In this document: positions 11,668-25,144 of the stretch, one piece after another
How the letters are laid out: every line of letters begins with the position of its first letter
How positions within the stretch are numbered: position 1 is the stretch's first letter
From: Podarcis melisellensis
Taxonomy: Eukaryota
DNA: 64,000 bases
NCBI GenBank assembly: GCA_964234715.1
Contig: OZ174281.1
Direction: 5' to 3' (one strand)
Program-made: the position numbers and the translations under genes
Notes under the pieces: generated by a model
Databases searched by the model: none
The model's input: the letters and a program-made list of their open reading frames with translations, nothing else
Told to the model about the DNA's origin: nothing

Positions 11668-14147
11668 TATATACTGACTCGTTACTACCATGCTTCATTT
11701 TGGTTCCGCCCCCTCCTTATAAAAAAAAATGTATGAAAAGGCCCTGCCAATGCAATTCCAGTAAAAATGCAATCTCTTAGCCTGCTATTTCAGGATGGGA
11801 GACCATGGTTGAAGGTGTCAGTTATGACAGTCCTGTAGTGTAGTCAGTGCTTCAAGTCATGGTTGGGGCTTTGGATGGAAGGGGATACAAATTAGTCTAT
11901 CAGGCTGCAGCAAAGGTCAATCTACCTAAATTGTTTTTGATTTTCCACTATGTTGTATAGAATATTAATGTGTTACATTATTCCCATCCTTTCTATGTAT
12001 AGCACATAGTTCTATATATATATGTGTATATTTTTAAAATGAGAATTGCTGGAAGACCCTTTGGGTGACAAGTGACAATTAAGCGTAATAATAAAAATAT
12101 AGTTCCTCGGAAGTCTTCCCAGCTCAATGAAAACCTTGGCTGCATGCAGCAGTCTTATTGTTTTGAAGGTAGAAGTGTTGCACTTTTAATTCCCCCCCCC
12201 ATATCACATGAAATAAGATTATATTGAGAAAGAGCAGAAACCATTTTGCTGCGTTCCTCCCCTTTTTTTAGGGAAGGGGGCTTGTTGGTGCACCTGGAAT
12301 GAAGACTTGACATAGGAATATGTTTAAAGCTTATATTGATTAAAATATAGCAAGGGCAGCTTGCACCAAACCAAGCGGAAGTGCAGGAAAGTATAACCTG
12401 TGCCTGCTGCTAAAGGCCAAACCACCTCAGAACAACTCCCTCATGCAAGTTATCCTGTAGGAAGCCAAACCATCTTCCCATAAAGGGAAGCCTTGACCAT
12501 CCCACCCTATGCTGTTCAGCGTTCCGCAGGTGGCACCTATAGATATGTTTGTAGTGAAGGAGCTCTGTGTGGAGTAGGGACACTCTGTTCATTTTCTAGT
12601 CTGCTTCTATGGCTCTCTAGACTTTCCCAACCTTGGGTCCTCTCTCCAGATGTTGTTGGACTATAACTCCCATCATCCCTAGCCTGCAGAACCAGTAGGG
12701 GAGGGGGAAAGCTGGTCTAGACAAGTCACTGGCTAAGCCTCATTTTCCTGTCCATAAAATGAGACCATTAATTATCTAATTAGGGCTGTTGTGGGTATAA
12801 AGCATTAGGTTGGGATTCTTATAGAAGTGATAATCGCTTTCTTTATGTGTATTTATTTGGATTTCATCTACAGCGTACTGCACAGATGTCTCGCAAAGCT
12901 GCTGTTAATATGACTGATTTTGAAGAACATGGCAAAGCTTTATTGCTAATCCTCCTAACTCTATGATAAATCTTCACTGTTTTGTTCAAATACACACTAT
13001 GACACAATGTGGCTGTGCTTCTTGCCACATCTTATCATGTTTCATTTTGCAAATCTCAGGACCTCGAGATTAGGATAAACACTATAAAATTTAAATGCTG
13101 TGGCTTAGCCTTACTATATATATAAACTTTTACTCCATTTTTAATGTATGATTTATCTTGCAGGATTTAGTCACTGGATTTCTGTATTATAATAGATTTA
13201 CAAGCTTCGGGAGCCAAACAGTTTTAGAATCTATAGGTGGATTCAAGAGCCCATGATGAATCCATAACCTGCTTTGGTACCAAAACCATGCTTCCATTCC
13301 AGCAGAAAAACAAATCTAGTGAATTGCTTCCAGATTAGGGTGGTGGGATTGGCTAACTCTCCTCCACATGTCCCTTTGAGATGAATGTGGGGCTGACTAT
13401 GGAAGATAGTCTAATGGCATGCTTGTTGTTGTCTGTTGATTTTATTGCTCTTTCCATTTCTGGTCCTAACTTGGCTTCTCCCAAGTTGTGTATGCTGACG
13501 CAGGTAGGACAGCTAGAACAGGTGAAAAGCACAGTGCCCTACTGCTGGCCAGCAGAGGCTCACCCAACTGGGTTGTGGCATGGATGACAAAGTGAGAGGA
13601 GCTGGAGGAAAAGGGATTGACCTAAGGCCCCTATCCCAAGAACAGATCCAAAAGGATAGAGACTCATGAAAATTGAGTGCATCCTCTATACAGTGCATGG
13701 CATGTATTAGCTAGGTTTCTGTCTATTTCCAGAAGAAAACACTAAATAGGTACTGTCTACCTGTGAAAGTATAATGGGGAGTTTAGATATTTAGGAAATT
13801 ATTCTGTATTGCATCTCCTGCACATTACTTCCTGCTGAGCCATGAAACTCCAACTCTGCCCATTTTTAAAAATGCAAACTCAATATTATACACTTTTACA
13901 GGGGGACAGTACCTATTGAGTTAGTGTTTTCTTCTGGAAGGAGACAGAGAAGGGGGGCTTGGAATGCCTTGTTCTTGTTACTACATTCCCTCAGAGGTAA
14001 AAGCTGTCCATTTCTGCACTGTAGTGCAAATGGGATCCATTCACGATAAAGTTGGCTATAAGTAGTTATGCTTTTAGCTGTCATAACCATTAAATCCAAA
14101 CATCAGTTCCCTTAGTATATTCTAGCAACACTTTTGCCATCTGATAA

Positions 14148-14431
14148 TCCCCTTCATGGATCATTGCCTTGCCATGGCGAAGGCGCTTGAATAACTCAGA
14201 GAAGCTATGAACTGTGCCGAGCAGGGCATCTAAGATGGACAGGTCATAGTGGAGAGTTTTGACCAAACATGATCCACCTGGAGCAGGAACCGGCAAGCCA
14301 CTCCAGTATCCCTGCCAAGAAAAACTCCATGGACAAAGACAACAGGCATATAAAATGAGTTTGACCAAACTGCGGGAGGCAGTGGAAGACAGGAGTGCCT
14401 GGCGTGCTCTGGTCAATGGGGTCACGAAGAG
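14148..14431 (+). mobile_element. Internally deleted BovB (RTE LINE) derivative
   Basis: BovB 5'-region motif (GGCAAGCCACTCCAGTATCCCTGCC) joined directly to the BovB 3' end (ATGAGTTTGACCAAACTGCGGGAG...GGGGTCACGAAGAGT). Confidence 0.7.
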
Positions 14432-14837
14432 TGAATTGACAGTTCACTGGTTTTCATATTTCAAACTATTTCATAGCACAGGTTGAAGAAAAGCATTCAT
14501 ATTAGAACCCATAACTTCAGGCACTACTTGAAATGTAAGCTGCTAATAAGCCAATGAGATAATCTTGGTGGCAATTCACTGTACTTCTGAGATCACTTCT
14601 TAAAATCTGCAAAACAGAAATCTCTTTAATTTATAATATATTCATCAGTGAAAGCTCCTGATTAGATGAATATATTTTAGCAGCATGAATTTTAATATTT
14701 GTATTTTCCCTTTGTTATTAAGTCTCACTTGATGGAACAGAATTTGCTCATTTTAGTGTAATGAAACTACCTAAAACCAGTAGTAGTAGTAGTAATAGTA
14801 GTATTAGAAAAAGAAGAAGAAGAGGAGGAGGAGGAGT

Positions 14838-15068
14838 AGTTTGGATTTAATATCCCACCTTTCACTCCCTTTAAGGAGTCTCAAAGCGGCTAACATTCTC
14901 CTTTCCCTTCCTCCCCCACAACAAACACTCTGTGAGGTGAGTGGGGCTGAGAGAGTTCAAAGAAGTGTGACTGGCCCAAGGTCACCCAGCAGCTGCATGT
15001 GGAGGAGCGGAGACGCGAGCCCGGTTCCCCCGATTACGAGTCCACTGCTCTTAACCACTACACCACAC
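14838..15068 (-). mobile_element. tRNA-derived CORE-type SINE (Squam3-like)
   Basis: On the minus strand: GTGTGGTGTAGTGGTTAAGAGC head, CORE-like middle, simple-repeat tail; partial copy at ~23915-24010. Confidence 0.7.
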
Positions 15069-15879
15069 AAATAAGAAAAGACTTAACAATCAAAGGATGT
15101 TTAGATCTGACATCTCTTCTATAGAGGAATGTCTACTGTTGTAGCCATAGGAAAATTGGGAAGCAGGCTCACTCCATCAGCTCTGGTGAAAGGCCAGCTC
15201 CATCCCTCAACTTTTCCCACTCTAGCTATTATAAGAGCTTTTACCTTTAATAATTGGTGCCTCCTTCTGTTTGCTCTCCTCTTCACTCACTATACTTTCT
15301 TCCTTTTGTTTTGTATCTGCCCGTAGGCAGAGACTGTTTTTGTTTCTATGGGTTATATGTAAGCTCCTCCGAGAGTCTCTTTGGCTTAACAGTGCAGGTA
15401 AAAATGATCTGAATGAATAAATAATGCATTCTAAAGAAAATGGCTAAGATTAGCTTGTCTTAATGCAAGCCTTGAAGATTTTTTTTAGAATATTGCTCTC
15501 TCATTTTTTAAGAAAAGAATTCCTTCCACATTATACTGACATATCCTTGCCTGGAAGAGCCTATAGCAAACCTTTCAGCGTGCATGGGATTGTGGCTTTT
15601 GTCATTATTAAAAGCTGCTGACCTCATAGGACACCTTTGCAAGACAGGCATAGAAATGAAGACTTGGAATCACTGCCATAAGTTGAGTAAGCAATTGTCT
15701 GAAAAGCTCCCCAAACAAAAGGAACAAGCACATGTACATCAGAGTGGAAAGAAGAAATCTAGATGTATTTGAGGATGCTATTCCATGTGTTTTGCAATGA
15801 CCTGATTGAAGGGGATGATACAGAGTTTTAAGGTTATCACTACAGTAGCAAGTCCTGCAGTAAAACCATGCCTGCCCCT

Positions 15880-16130
15880 CTGAGGTCCAGATCTGAGGGC
15901 CTTCTGGCAGTTCCCTCACTGTGAGAACTGAAGTCACAGGGAATCAGACAAAGGGCCTTCTTGGCAGTTGCACCCTCCCTATGGAATACCCTCCATCAGT
16001 TGTAAAGGAAGTAAATAACTACACAACTTTTAGAAGACACCTGAAGGCAGCACTCTACTATAGGGAAGTTTTTAATGCTTGCCCAAGTGGCTGGGGCAAC
16101 CCATTCAGATAGGTGGGGTACAAAATATAA
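15880..16130 (+). mobile_element. L2-clade LINE 3' fragment
   Basis: Similar to the copies at 19936-20130 and 51685-52075. Confidence 0.65.
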
Positions 16131-17769
16131 ATGTTGTTGTTGTTATAAATAATAATATAACAGCAAGCCAGGGGGCATGTCAACTGTTGGATCAACAGAA
16201 CAGCCTGTGTAGCCATGCCTTGAACCTGCTGCACCTTTGAACTTTGCCTTGCTTATGTATCACCATACTGACTGGTGGTATATTACATTTTTGGCAGAAA
16301 ATGGTAATCGTCCTTTGTCCAGCCTGAGCCAGGACAGGTTGTGAGCCTCTTCTGGATCCCCAGTGCAGCCCTTTGCTGTTAGATAGTTCAGAAATGAACC
16401 TATAATGGACCGTGCTGACAGTAGATCAGTTGATTTATGTATTTTCTGGTGCAAAGATGTTAAATAATGGCAAGTTCAACTAGCACTGATACCGTAAAGG
16501 CACTTAAAGCAATGTTTATGAGCTTGATACAGGAAAACACTAGGACATGTTTCATTTTGGGCATACAGTCTACTTCACTAAAACATGAACAAGGTGGAAT
16601 TACACATTTACCTGGAAATAAGACCCAGTGAACGCAGTGGGGGTTATTTTTGCATAGACATCATGCTCCACAGCATAGATATAAATATCATCTAGCTTTC
16701 TAATTTGTGGGAAATGCTTAGTACATTTGGAACATTAAAAGAAAATTAAAACATGTTGAATTTTTCATGATGCCAAATGTAATAGCCTTTTGTTTCCACA
16801 AAAGCTCTCAGGCAATCAAGATTGTTATTACTAATAAACTTTCCCTAGTGAATGTGTCTTATTTGCAGAAAAATATATATTTAATTCTTAACTGGTGCTA
16901 TTTTCAACTGATATTTTTCAAAAAATTTATTTTATGCCATCATCTTACACTTCTCCTAGTAAATAAATAATGGACAAACCTTTCATTCACAAAAGGTGTG
17001 CATATTCTTTTTAAGCAATGCACAACCCATTCAATTGTTTGTTTCCTTGAATGCAAAACCCACTGACTTAGGTGAGATGTATTTGAGTAAGGATACATAA
17101 CATTGAAACAAGTGCTTCCAAGTATACATACATTGTCATATAATTCAGGAACTCATCAACCATTTAACTGCATGGATACACCAGCTGGAAATTATTAGGG
17201 TAAAAAAAATCAAATCAACCTGACCTCTCTTCATTTACCATTTTGTAAGCATTTTATAATGTTTTACCCCAGAACCACCACCACTCCAACTTCCAAAACG
17301 GAAATGTATATGAATGCGGCAAATATTTATGCATTCAGTACTGTATTTTAAAATAGTAGATGAAGGATTCTGTTTCCTTACAGTTCATAATGTACTTATT
17401 TCTACTGTGGGGTTCACGGCTTAATTCAAAACTAAAGAGAGAATGTATCGATTAGTGTTAAAGTGAGCATATAAAGAGCCACTGTCTGTGCAAATTCTAA
17501 ATCACACAGTTTTGATAGGGTCTCATGTGGGCTTCCTTTGTGCTGCAGCAAAAGAAGTAAACCCCGGTTAAGAGGAGACTGCATAGCTTAATTTATGCAT
17601 GGTCTCTTTCCTGGGAAGACTTGTGACTAAGTTTACATGCTAACTCTGAGTAATCCCCCAAATAATGTGGTGTGGTCATAAGGTCAGCAGGGTTTGAACG
17701 AGATTGTTAAATTCATCCTCTCTACTGAGTTGTAATGCACATACCAAACACCAAACACAAATGCACATA

Positions 17770-17986
17770 CAGTGGTACCTCGGGTTAAGTACTTAATTCA
17801 TTCCGGAGGTCTGTTCTTAACCTGAAACTGTTCTTAATCTGAAGCACCACTTTAGCTAATGGGGCCTCCTGCTGCCACCGTGCTGCCGGAGCCCGATTTC
17901 TGTTCTTATCCTGAAGCAAACTTCTTAACCTGAAGCACTATTTCTGACTTAGTGGAGTGTGCAACCTGTAACCCGAGGTACCACTG
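17770..17986 (-). mobile_element. Tc1/mariner-type MITE (CAGTGGTACCTC family)
   Basis: TIRs plus TA TSD; inverted relative to the 11426 copy. Confidence 0.85.
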
Positions 17987-18810
17987 TACTCCCCAACCCT
18001 GAAGTAAATGAAGAAACTCTTGTTTGCACAAAGTTCTGTATGCTCATTAGTGTCTCTGCAAATGTCCCTTGAGCAATGGCTATGGGATACTGACTGCTTG
18101 ATTGTGATTATGGTTTAATGGCACAGTTAAGCATGTGGATCAGTATATAAGAAGTACCCTGCTGGATCAGACCAAAAGTTTATTTCCTTGACTATTCTAG
18201 TTCCCCCAGTGGCTATACAGATGCTCTGGGAAGTCTAGGTGCAGTGCATGTGGGCAATGGCCTTCTCTAGCTGTTGCCACACAAGGCTGATACATGCTGA
18301 TGCTGGACCTTCCTGAACGGCACCTCCTAAGCAGCATTGTGAGAATGTGTCAGTTGTGCATTTGCAATAAGAAGCCGAGTTAGAACTCTATAAAATGTCC
18401 TTTAAAAAGCAAAGCACCCATTCACAGATGCCACTCATTGTTTCTGGCCTGTTTATGATTTGCATCAAGAAAGTTCTGCCCCATCTTGACAGGTTCTGTG
18501 GGAAAGCACTGAAACACACAACAGTGAGTCACATTTATAGTCCACAACACTTCACAGTGTGTACCCCCCCAAGTATTTCATTCCATACAATGAAAAAGCT
18601 GAAAAGTAGAAGAAAGTCAATATATTTTTCATAATGAAAAAATTAAGCTAGATTAGGACAAAATTAAAACCAGTAACGACCCTGGAAAAGCTGCTTGTGC
18701 ATCTTTATAGCTTGGAACATAAATTTGCAACAGATCAGTATTTACAATAGTTTTGTAAAGTTCTGTTTCCATGACCCGGAAGTCCATATACCACTTTCTG
18801 GGAACCACTT

Positions 18811-18962
18811 AGAACCATACAGTCATAGAATGGCAGAACTGGAAGGGGTGCTAACGGTCATCTAGTCCAACCCCCTGCCATGCAGGAATCTTTTGCCCAA
18901 CGTGGGGCTCGAACCCATGACCCTAAGTTTAAGAGTCTCGTGCTCTGCTGACTGAACTAGCC
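18811..18962 (-). mobile_element. tRNA-derived SINE with CR1-type tail
   Basis: On the minus strand: tRNA-like head containing GGGTTCGAGCCCC and a CCCTTCCAGTTCT tail; same family as 61664-61808. Confidence 0.7.
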
Positions 18963-19029
18963 TCAGTGGGTACATCTGCTGGGCTATACTGTCTCTCTAA
19001 AAATCACACAAGAGTAACACATAGGCCCC

Positions 19030-19215
19030 TGCCCTATACTGAGGAAGACCATTGGCCCATCTAGCTCACAATTGCCATGCACTGACTGGAAGTAGGTTTC
19101 CAGGATTTCAGACAGAAACAATTCCAAGCCTTACCTGGAGATGCTGGAGACTGAGCCAATAACCTTCTGCATGCAAAGTACTGTAGAAGTTATTTTTCTG
19201 CTGAGCTACAGCCCT
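19030..19215 (-). mobile_element. tRNA-derived SINE (Squam2-like), degraded
   Basis: Reverse-complement similarity to 26602-26780. Confidence 0.55.
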
Positions 19216-19289
19216 TCCCCAAATGCATGCAATTTGCATATGGAATGCCATTAAAACCAGCTTCCAAAGCAGATGTGGGGAGAACATTT

Positions 19290-19440
19290 AAGTGAATTAG
19301 TATAAATGCTTTCCTATATTCTGGAAGACATAACCTCAACAGGAATTCCATTATTTTTATTATAAACTTTGAAGTGAATTAGTGTAAATGCTTTCCACTA
19401 TTTGGGGAGAAATAATGATCTCAACAGGAAATTCATTACG
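19290..19440. repeat. Degenerate ~82-bp tandem duplication
   Basis: AAGTGAATTAGTRTAAATGCTTTCC...CTCAACAGGAA occurs at 19290 and 19372. Confidence 0.7.
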
Positions 19441-19935
19441 TGCATTGCTAAATCATTAACTGGCTACTTAAAAGTAACATTTTGCAGTGTGTGTGTTTAT
19501 AGAATGGATCAAAATTATTGGCTTAATTACTGAAAGAAGGTAAATCACTGAAAGAATTTTTTTATTCCATTTGCAAGAAAGTATTGATCTACCTTGTGAC
19601 AGGTGAAGGCAGCCCTGAAATTGGACTCTGTGTAAGATCTAAACCAGCGTAACCTGGATCAAGCCAGTTGAAGTCTTGGACAAAGAAGTTCCTATCTGTT
19701 CATAAGATAGGTATGGACTGCAGAGAGTCAGTACCGTGTAGTGGCTGCAGTGTTACACTAAGGCTGGGAGATCAGAGTTAAAATCCCAGTGTAGCCCTGA
19801 AACTCACTGGATGCCATGAAACCCACCCAGAGATAGTCATAGTTTCTCTCAGCCTAACCTACAGGATTGTTGTGAAGAATTGGAGACAGTGTCCTTGTAT
19901 AGCAGCTTGAGCTCCTTGGCAGAAAGGTGGGATAT

Positions 19936-20130
19936 ACTGAGGTCCTCCTCCTCTGAAGGTCTTCTGCTAGTTCACTCACTGAAAGAAGTGAAGTTACAGG
20001 GAACCAGGCAGAGAGCCTTCTCAGTAGTGGCGCCCTCCCTGTGGAACATACTCCCTTCAGTTGTCAAGGAGATAAAGAATTACACAACTTTTAGAAGACA
20101 TCTGAAGGTAGCCTTGTATCAGGAGGTTTT
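19936..20130 (+). mobile_element. L2-clade LINE 3' fragment
   Basis: Translates as LRSSS..GLL...RAFSVVAPSLWNILP...TFRRHLK, a typical L2/CR1 ORF2 C-terminus. Confidence 0.75.
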
Positions 20131-21037
20131 CCCCTCATGTTCCAATGCCTAAATTAATACCCACCTACAAAAGCAGAAATACAAATGGAAGAAATTGACA
20201 CAAAACCAAATGCTAGATGCAGACGTGGCCAAACCCTTTTTTGTTTGGCCATATGACCTTCTAGGCAGCCCTGTATAGGGCACATGCCACTTGTGGATGA
20301 GTTCAGAGGCTAAAGTGAGTGGAACAATGAATTTAAATTTTACTTTTGTACAATTGTCCCTAACACACATTCACCACCCCCTTTATCCTCTATTCAGGCA
20401 ACTGTGAAGCATCAGAGGTCAAGGGTACATTCCAGCCAGAAAAAAACCAAAAATATTCCAAGATGGTATGAAGCACAGCTGGTCAGAGGTGTGGCCTGAG
20501 GGGAGAAGGTATGGCCTGAGGAGGTGGTGTGGCCTGGAGAAAGTCCCAAGGGCCAGAAAGGCCTGGAAGGACACATTTGGCCTGCAGGCCTGAGGTTCCC
20601 CACCCCTGCACTAAGGGCTGCATGTCTGTGGTGAGTATGGCAAAATTGCATACACTGCAACATTTCTCTAATGAAAATAGGTACGTTCTATTTCATCACC
20701 ACCATCACCATCACCATTTTTTTATTTATACCCCGCACATCTAACTGGGTTGCCCCAACCACTATGGGTGGCTTTCAACATATATAAAAAACATAATAAA
20801 ACATTAAGCATCTGTCTTTAGATGTCTTCTAAAGCTAGTATAGTAAATTATCTGCTTGGCTCAGGGGTCGCATAACTCTGTACCCTCCACCATTTATCTG
20901 ATGAAAATAGGGATGTCCTAAGGAAAAACGGGACATTTCAGGATCAAATCAAAACCTGGGACGATCTTGATCAAATCAAAATCCAGAACTTGGGGACACT
21001 TAGAGGGTCTGAAATTGGCCAGCACAAACTCCCTCTG

Positions 21038-21042
<5 letters not shown>

Positions 21043-21069
<27 letters not shown>
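21043..21069. repeat. (CA)n microsatellite
   Basis: Direct reading. Confidence 0.9.
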
Positions 21070-21956
21070 TGTACTTGCTAATTCAGAGAATGTCCATACA
21101 CATTCAGACAAACATGTCCATGGACACACACATATTCAGTAACTAGAGCCTTTGCCCCTGAGCTCTTTTTTTCCAGAAGGCTAGTTTGAGGAGGGACGGA
21201 AAGTTGGTCCCATTCCACAAAGAGAATTAATAGATAATCACCTTGCCACAGCCAGTCCTCCTACATATTCTTCTTAACTCTGAGTGGGCACTGGGAACCA
21301 TGCCCCCAAGGAAGCCACATTTGATTCTGGTCTTCCTAAGCCTTAAAATTGTCCTCCTCATACATTAACACTTAATATAAACCTTCGCACACAATGAAGG
21401 TTTGCAATCTTCACTTCCTTTGTGATCTGTGGCCACAACCACTCTAAATATAATGCAGCTTTTCATAATTTAAATGATGTAACATAACATGTAATTTCAT
21501 CAGAAATTGGAGTTAATACAGTGTGAATTAATAGGCTACATCTATTTCCTGTTTATTTAAGACGTTCTAGGAGAGAACCACAGCGGACCCATTTGAACGA
21601 AAGCTCTGTGGCATTGGTTTACACAGTTATACGCAAAGCAGCAATAGAAAATTAGATTACATAGCACAGCCTTGATAAAATGTTTAGTTAAAGCATGTTT
21701 AATTTGACCTGTTGGTTTGAGGCCAAATTTTGCAGTCAGCCATGAAGCAGTTGGGCAGCATGTGTGAAATTGAGGTTAGAACTGCTGCTGCTATACTTAA
21801 GTCTGCTGCAAGCTCATTAAATCACTGCTCTGTCCAAAACCCAAAAAAGGTCAATTAAAAGAAGAGGGGGGAAGTGCCACTTTTGGTGCACCCAGTGGAT
21901 TTAGCAGGACCAGTGCTATGTTGTGACTTGTTTCCTTTTTTAGATTTTATAGTCTT

Positions 21957-22007
<51 letters not shown>

Positions 22008-22035
22008 TGTGTGTATGTATGTATGTATGTATGTA
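21957..22035. repeat. Compound (ATTT)n/(ATGT)n microsatellite
   Basis: Direct reading. Confidence 0.9.
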
Positions 22036-23504
22036 TCTATTTATTTAAAAAAGGCTTGTCGTGTGGCACAAGGAGAAGCTGTTTGAGACACATGAGACCA
22101 AATTCCCCTAAGACATAGCTTACCTAGTTGCACAGTTTTGGTTTTGGTTTGTTTTTTACTCCAAGCTGTTATATTTATCTGGCCTGCCTGTTTTTGCTCC
22201 AGATTTGGACTTTAAACATAGCAATGTGGCACAATTCTATACTACTTAGAATTCAGTCCAACTGAATTTAAGGAGACTCATAAGTGGGCAAAATATTGCA
22301 GTCTTGTGTGCTAAGCAGCAAATTTACACTCACTTGCCATAAACTAAGTCCCCTTGAACACAATGGGATTCATTTGTGAGAACAACTACATTACACATTC
22401 AGTAGGGATGGGCGAATCCATCAATTGCAGCTTCTCATTTTTCAAGTCTTCAGTTGTCCACATTTCAACATCAGTTTGCTTTAACTTATGAAAACTCACC
22501 AGCATTTTAGTGCAAAATTCCCCAATATTTCTGTATGCAATTCTACCTAATACACACATTTTTCAAATTCATTTTTATATCTTATTTTCACTATGATATG
22601 CATTTGATGCAAATTTTATCCTAGCATATGCATTCTGTACACATAGGGTCCATATCATATGGTTTAACATGCAGCGTGGTAGCTGCCAACAAATGGACCT
22701 CAGTTAGCAACACTGCACTATATGGAAACCTGCCTGCATGAAGCAGCTCCTGCTGGCATCTTCCAACAGCTCACCACTTTCTCCTCATTCAAATTTTCCC
22801 CAGGATTGTACAGGTCAAAATTACTTGGTCTTGTTTCTGAAGTAGAACTGATGAATTTGAATCCACCATGATTTGATTGATTTTTATTTTTTAGCTTTGC
22901 TCAGAGCACTGTGAATGCACGGCTATCGATTCCTTCAATTCATTTGTGACTCTTCTCCACCCCACTCTGTATTACCAAATGTGTGTGTGTGTTTCTAAAG
23001 CACTGCCAAAAAGCTGCACTCTCAGTGCAATTATTATATGATTGCATCCATATTTTTGTTAATGCATAAGTGCACATGTGTATATTAATAAAAAGCTGCA
23101 CAAAAGGAATTGTTGTTGTTGTTGTTGTTGTAATATTTTATTACCCACCCTTCAGCCTAAGATTCCATACTCATATTATTATCACACTAAGACTTCACTT
23201 ATTTTGGCAGTGTGCTAGCTGTACACACATGCACATTTGATTATGTACAGATTTTAAAATATGGACATTTTCTGAAGAAACTGAACTCCATGGCAAACTA
23301 GACAAGTTCCTATTCCATAAATAGTTTCAAAAATTGTCCTATTTTAGTAGCTAGAGAGACATGTTATTTATTGGCCTGTCAGTTACAATTTAATCCATAT
23401 GCTCACATTAAATTAACACATATGGGGTAATGCAGATCTGAAGACAGAGAAGTAGTCTTGGGAGAAATGGTTAGAATGTGGAATATATACATTATACCAG
23501 CTGA

Positions 23505-23837
23505 GAGGCTCAGACTGAGATTTGCCAATCGGAAGGTGGGCAGTTCAAATCGCTGCGAAGGCGTGAGCTCCCGTTGCTCGGTCGCTGCTCCTGCCCACCT
23601 AGCAGTTTGAAAGCATGTCAAGTGCAAGTAGATAAATAGGTACCACTCTGGCGGGAAGGTAAACAATGTTTCTGTGCGCTGTTCTGGTTTGCCAGAATCG
23701 GCTTAGTCATGCTGGCCACATGACTCGGAAGCTGTCTGCAGACAACCCTGGCTCCCTCGGCCTATAGAGCGAGATGAGCACACAACCCCAGAGTCATCCG
23801 CAACTGGACCTAATGGTCAGGGGTACCTTTACCTTTA
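23505..23837 (+). mobile_element. 5'-truncated Sauria SINE
   Basis: Body and GGGTACCTTTACCTTT tail homologous to 917-1282. Confidence 0.85.
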
Positions 23838-24902
23838 AACTGTTTGGTACTTACAGAAAACTAAACCCATGTTTAAGCCATGTTAAATGGATTTTGGTAA
23901 GGTAGAAGTTTATAAGGTCACCCAGCAGCTGCACGTGGAGGAGCGGAGACATGAACCCGGTTCCCCAGATTACGAGTCTACCGCTCTTAACCACTACACC
24001 ACACTGGCTCTCTGCGGAGAAGTGTGGAGCAGGGAATTAGAAGGTATTATACAATGTAAACAATGGAAAATTGGTATAGAGTCTATACAAAATGTTTCTT
24101 TAGACGTCAAACTGAGATTGGTGCAGGAAAATGCAGTCTTTTGAGCATACTACAACATTTGCATAGGAAAGCATTTATAATACAGATGTGGAAGATGTAA
24201 TGCTGAGAATGCCTCTTATGACGTCAGCTTCTCCAGTGATATCTACCCTTTGGTCTTAATTTGTTACAGCACTTTTGTATTGGTGAAATCCTTGATATTT
24301 ACAGATTTTCATGTACTTTTAAACTATATTCCTGTAGTATGGGGATTAATGGATGGACAGTGAAAGTTGAGTTTTTTTATACTTCAAGTCTGGAAAGAAA
24401 AATACCCAATGGCATTTATAGTAGTCTTAGGACCTCACTGCCCTAGCTACTTTTCATATAGGCATCCATTTCATATGCATGTTGTCTGTTAAATTAATAT
24501 ACATTCTGATTTGCTGAGAGTAGGGTTGAAAGGATCTGCCAGTTTAGGTTCTCTCTTGTTTCTCATTTTTACAAATCAAATTAAGTTCTCCACATCTTAC
24601 AGCAATTTGCAACAAAAATCCTCATTAAAATTCATTACCATTTTAGTGCAAATTTTTCCTAGTAAACACACTTTATATGCAGTTTTCAGAAATGTGTGTA
24701 AGTCCCCCTAATATAATGCATATTTGTATGTTCCTTTCATGAATATAATTATTTTTATGCATACTTCCCCACAATATATGCATCTTTGTAAACATTGGTT
24801 GGAGAACTGCGTCACAATGTGTATTCCGGTTCATATGTTGTTTTGGAAAGTGTGGGTTCAACAGTGTTAAATGAATCAAATTTCTCCTCCATTCCCCAGT
24901 TA

Positions 24903-25144
24903 CAGTGGTACTTCGGGTTAAGTACTTAATTCGTTCCGGAGGGCCGTACTTAACCTGAAGCTGTTCTTAACCTGAAGCACCACTTTAGCTAATGGGGCCT
25001 CCTGCTGTTGCTGTGCCGCCGGAGCATGATTTCTGTTCTCAACCTGAAGCAAAGTTCTTAACCTGAAGCACTATTTCTTGGTTAGCAGAGTCTGTAACCT
25101 GAAGCATATGTAACCTGAAGCGTATGTAACCTGAGGTCCCACTG
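24903..25144 (-). mobile_element. Tc1/mariner-type MITE (CAGTGGTACCTC family)
   Basis: TIRs plus TA TSD. Confidence 0.85.
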
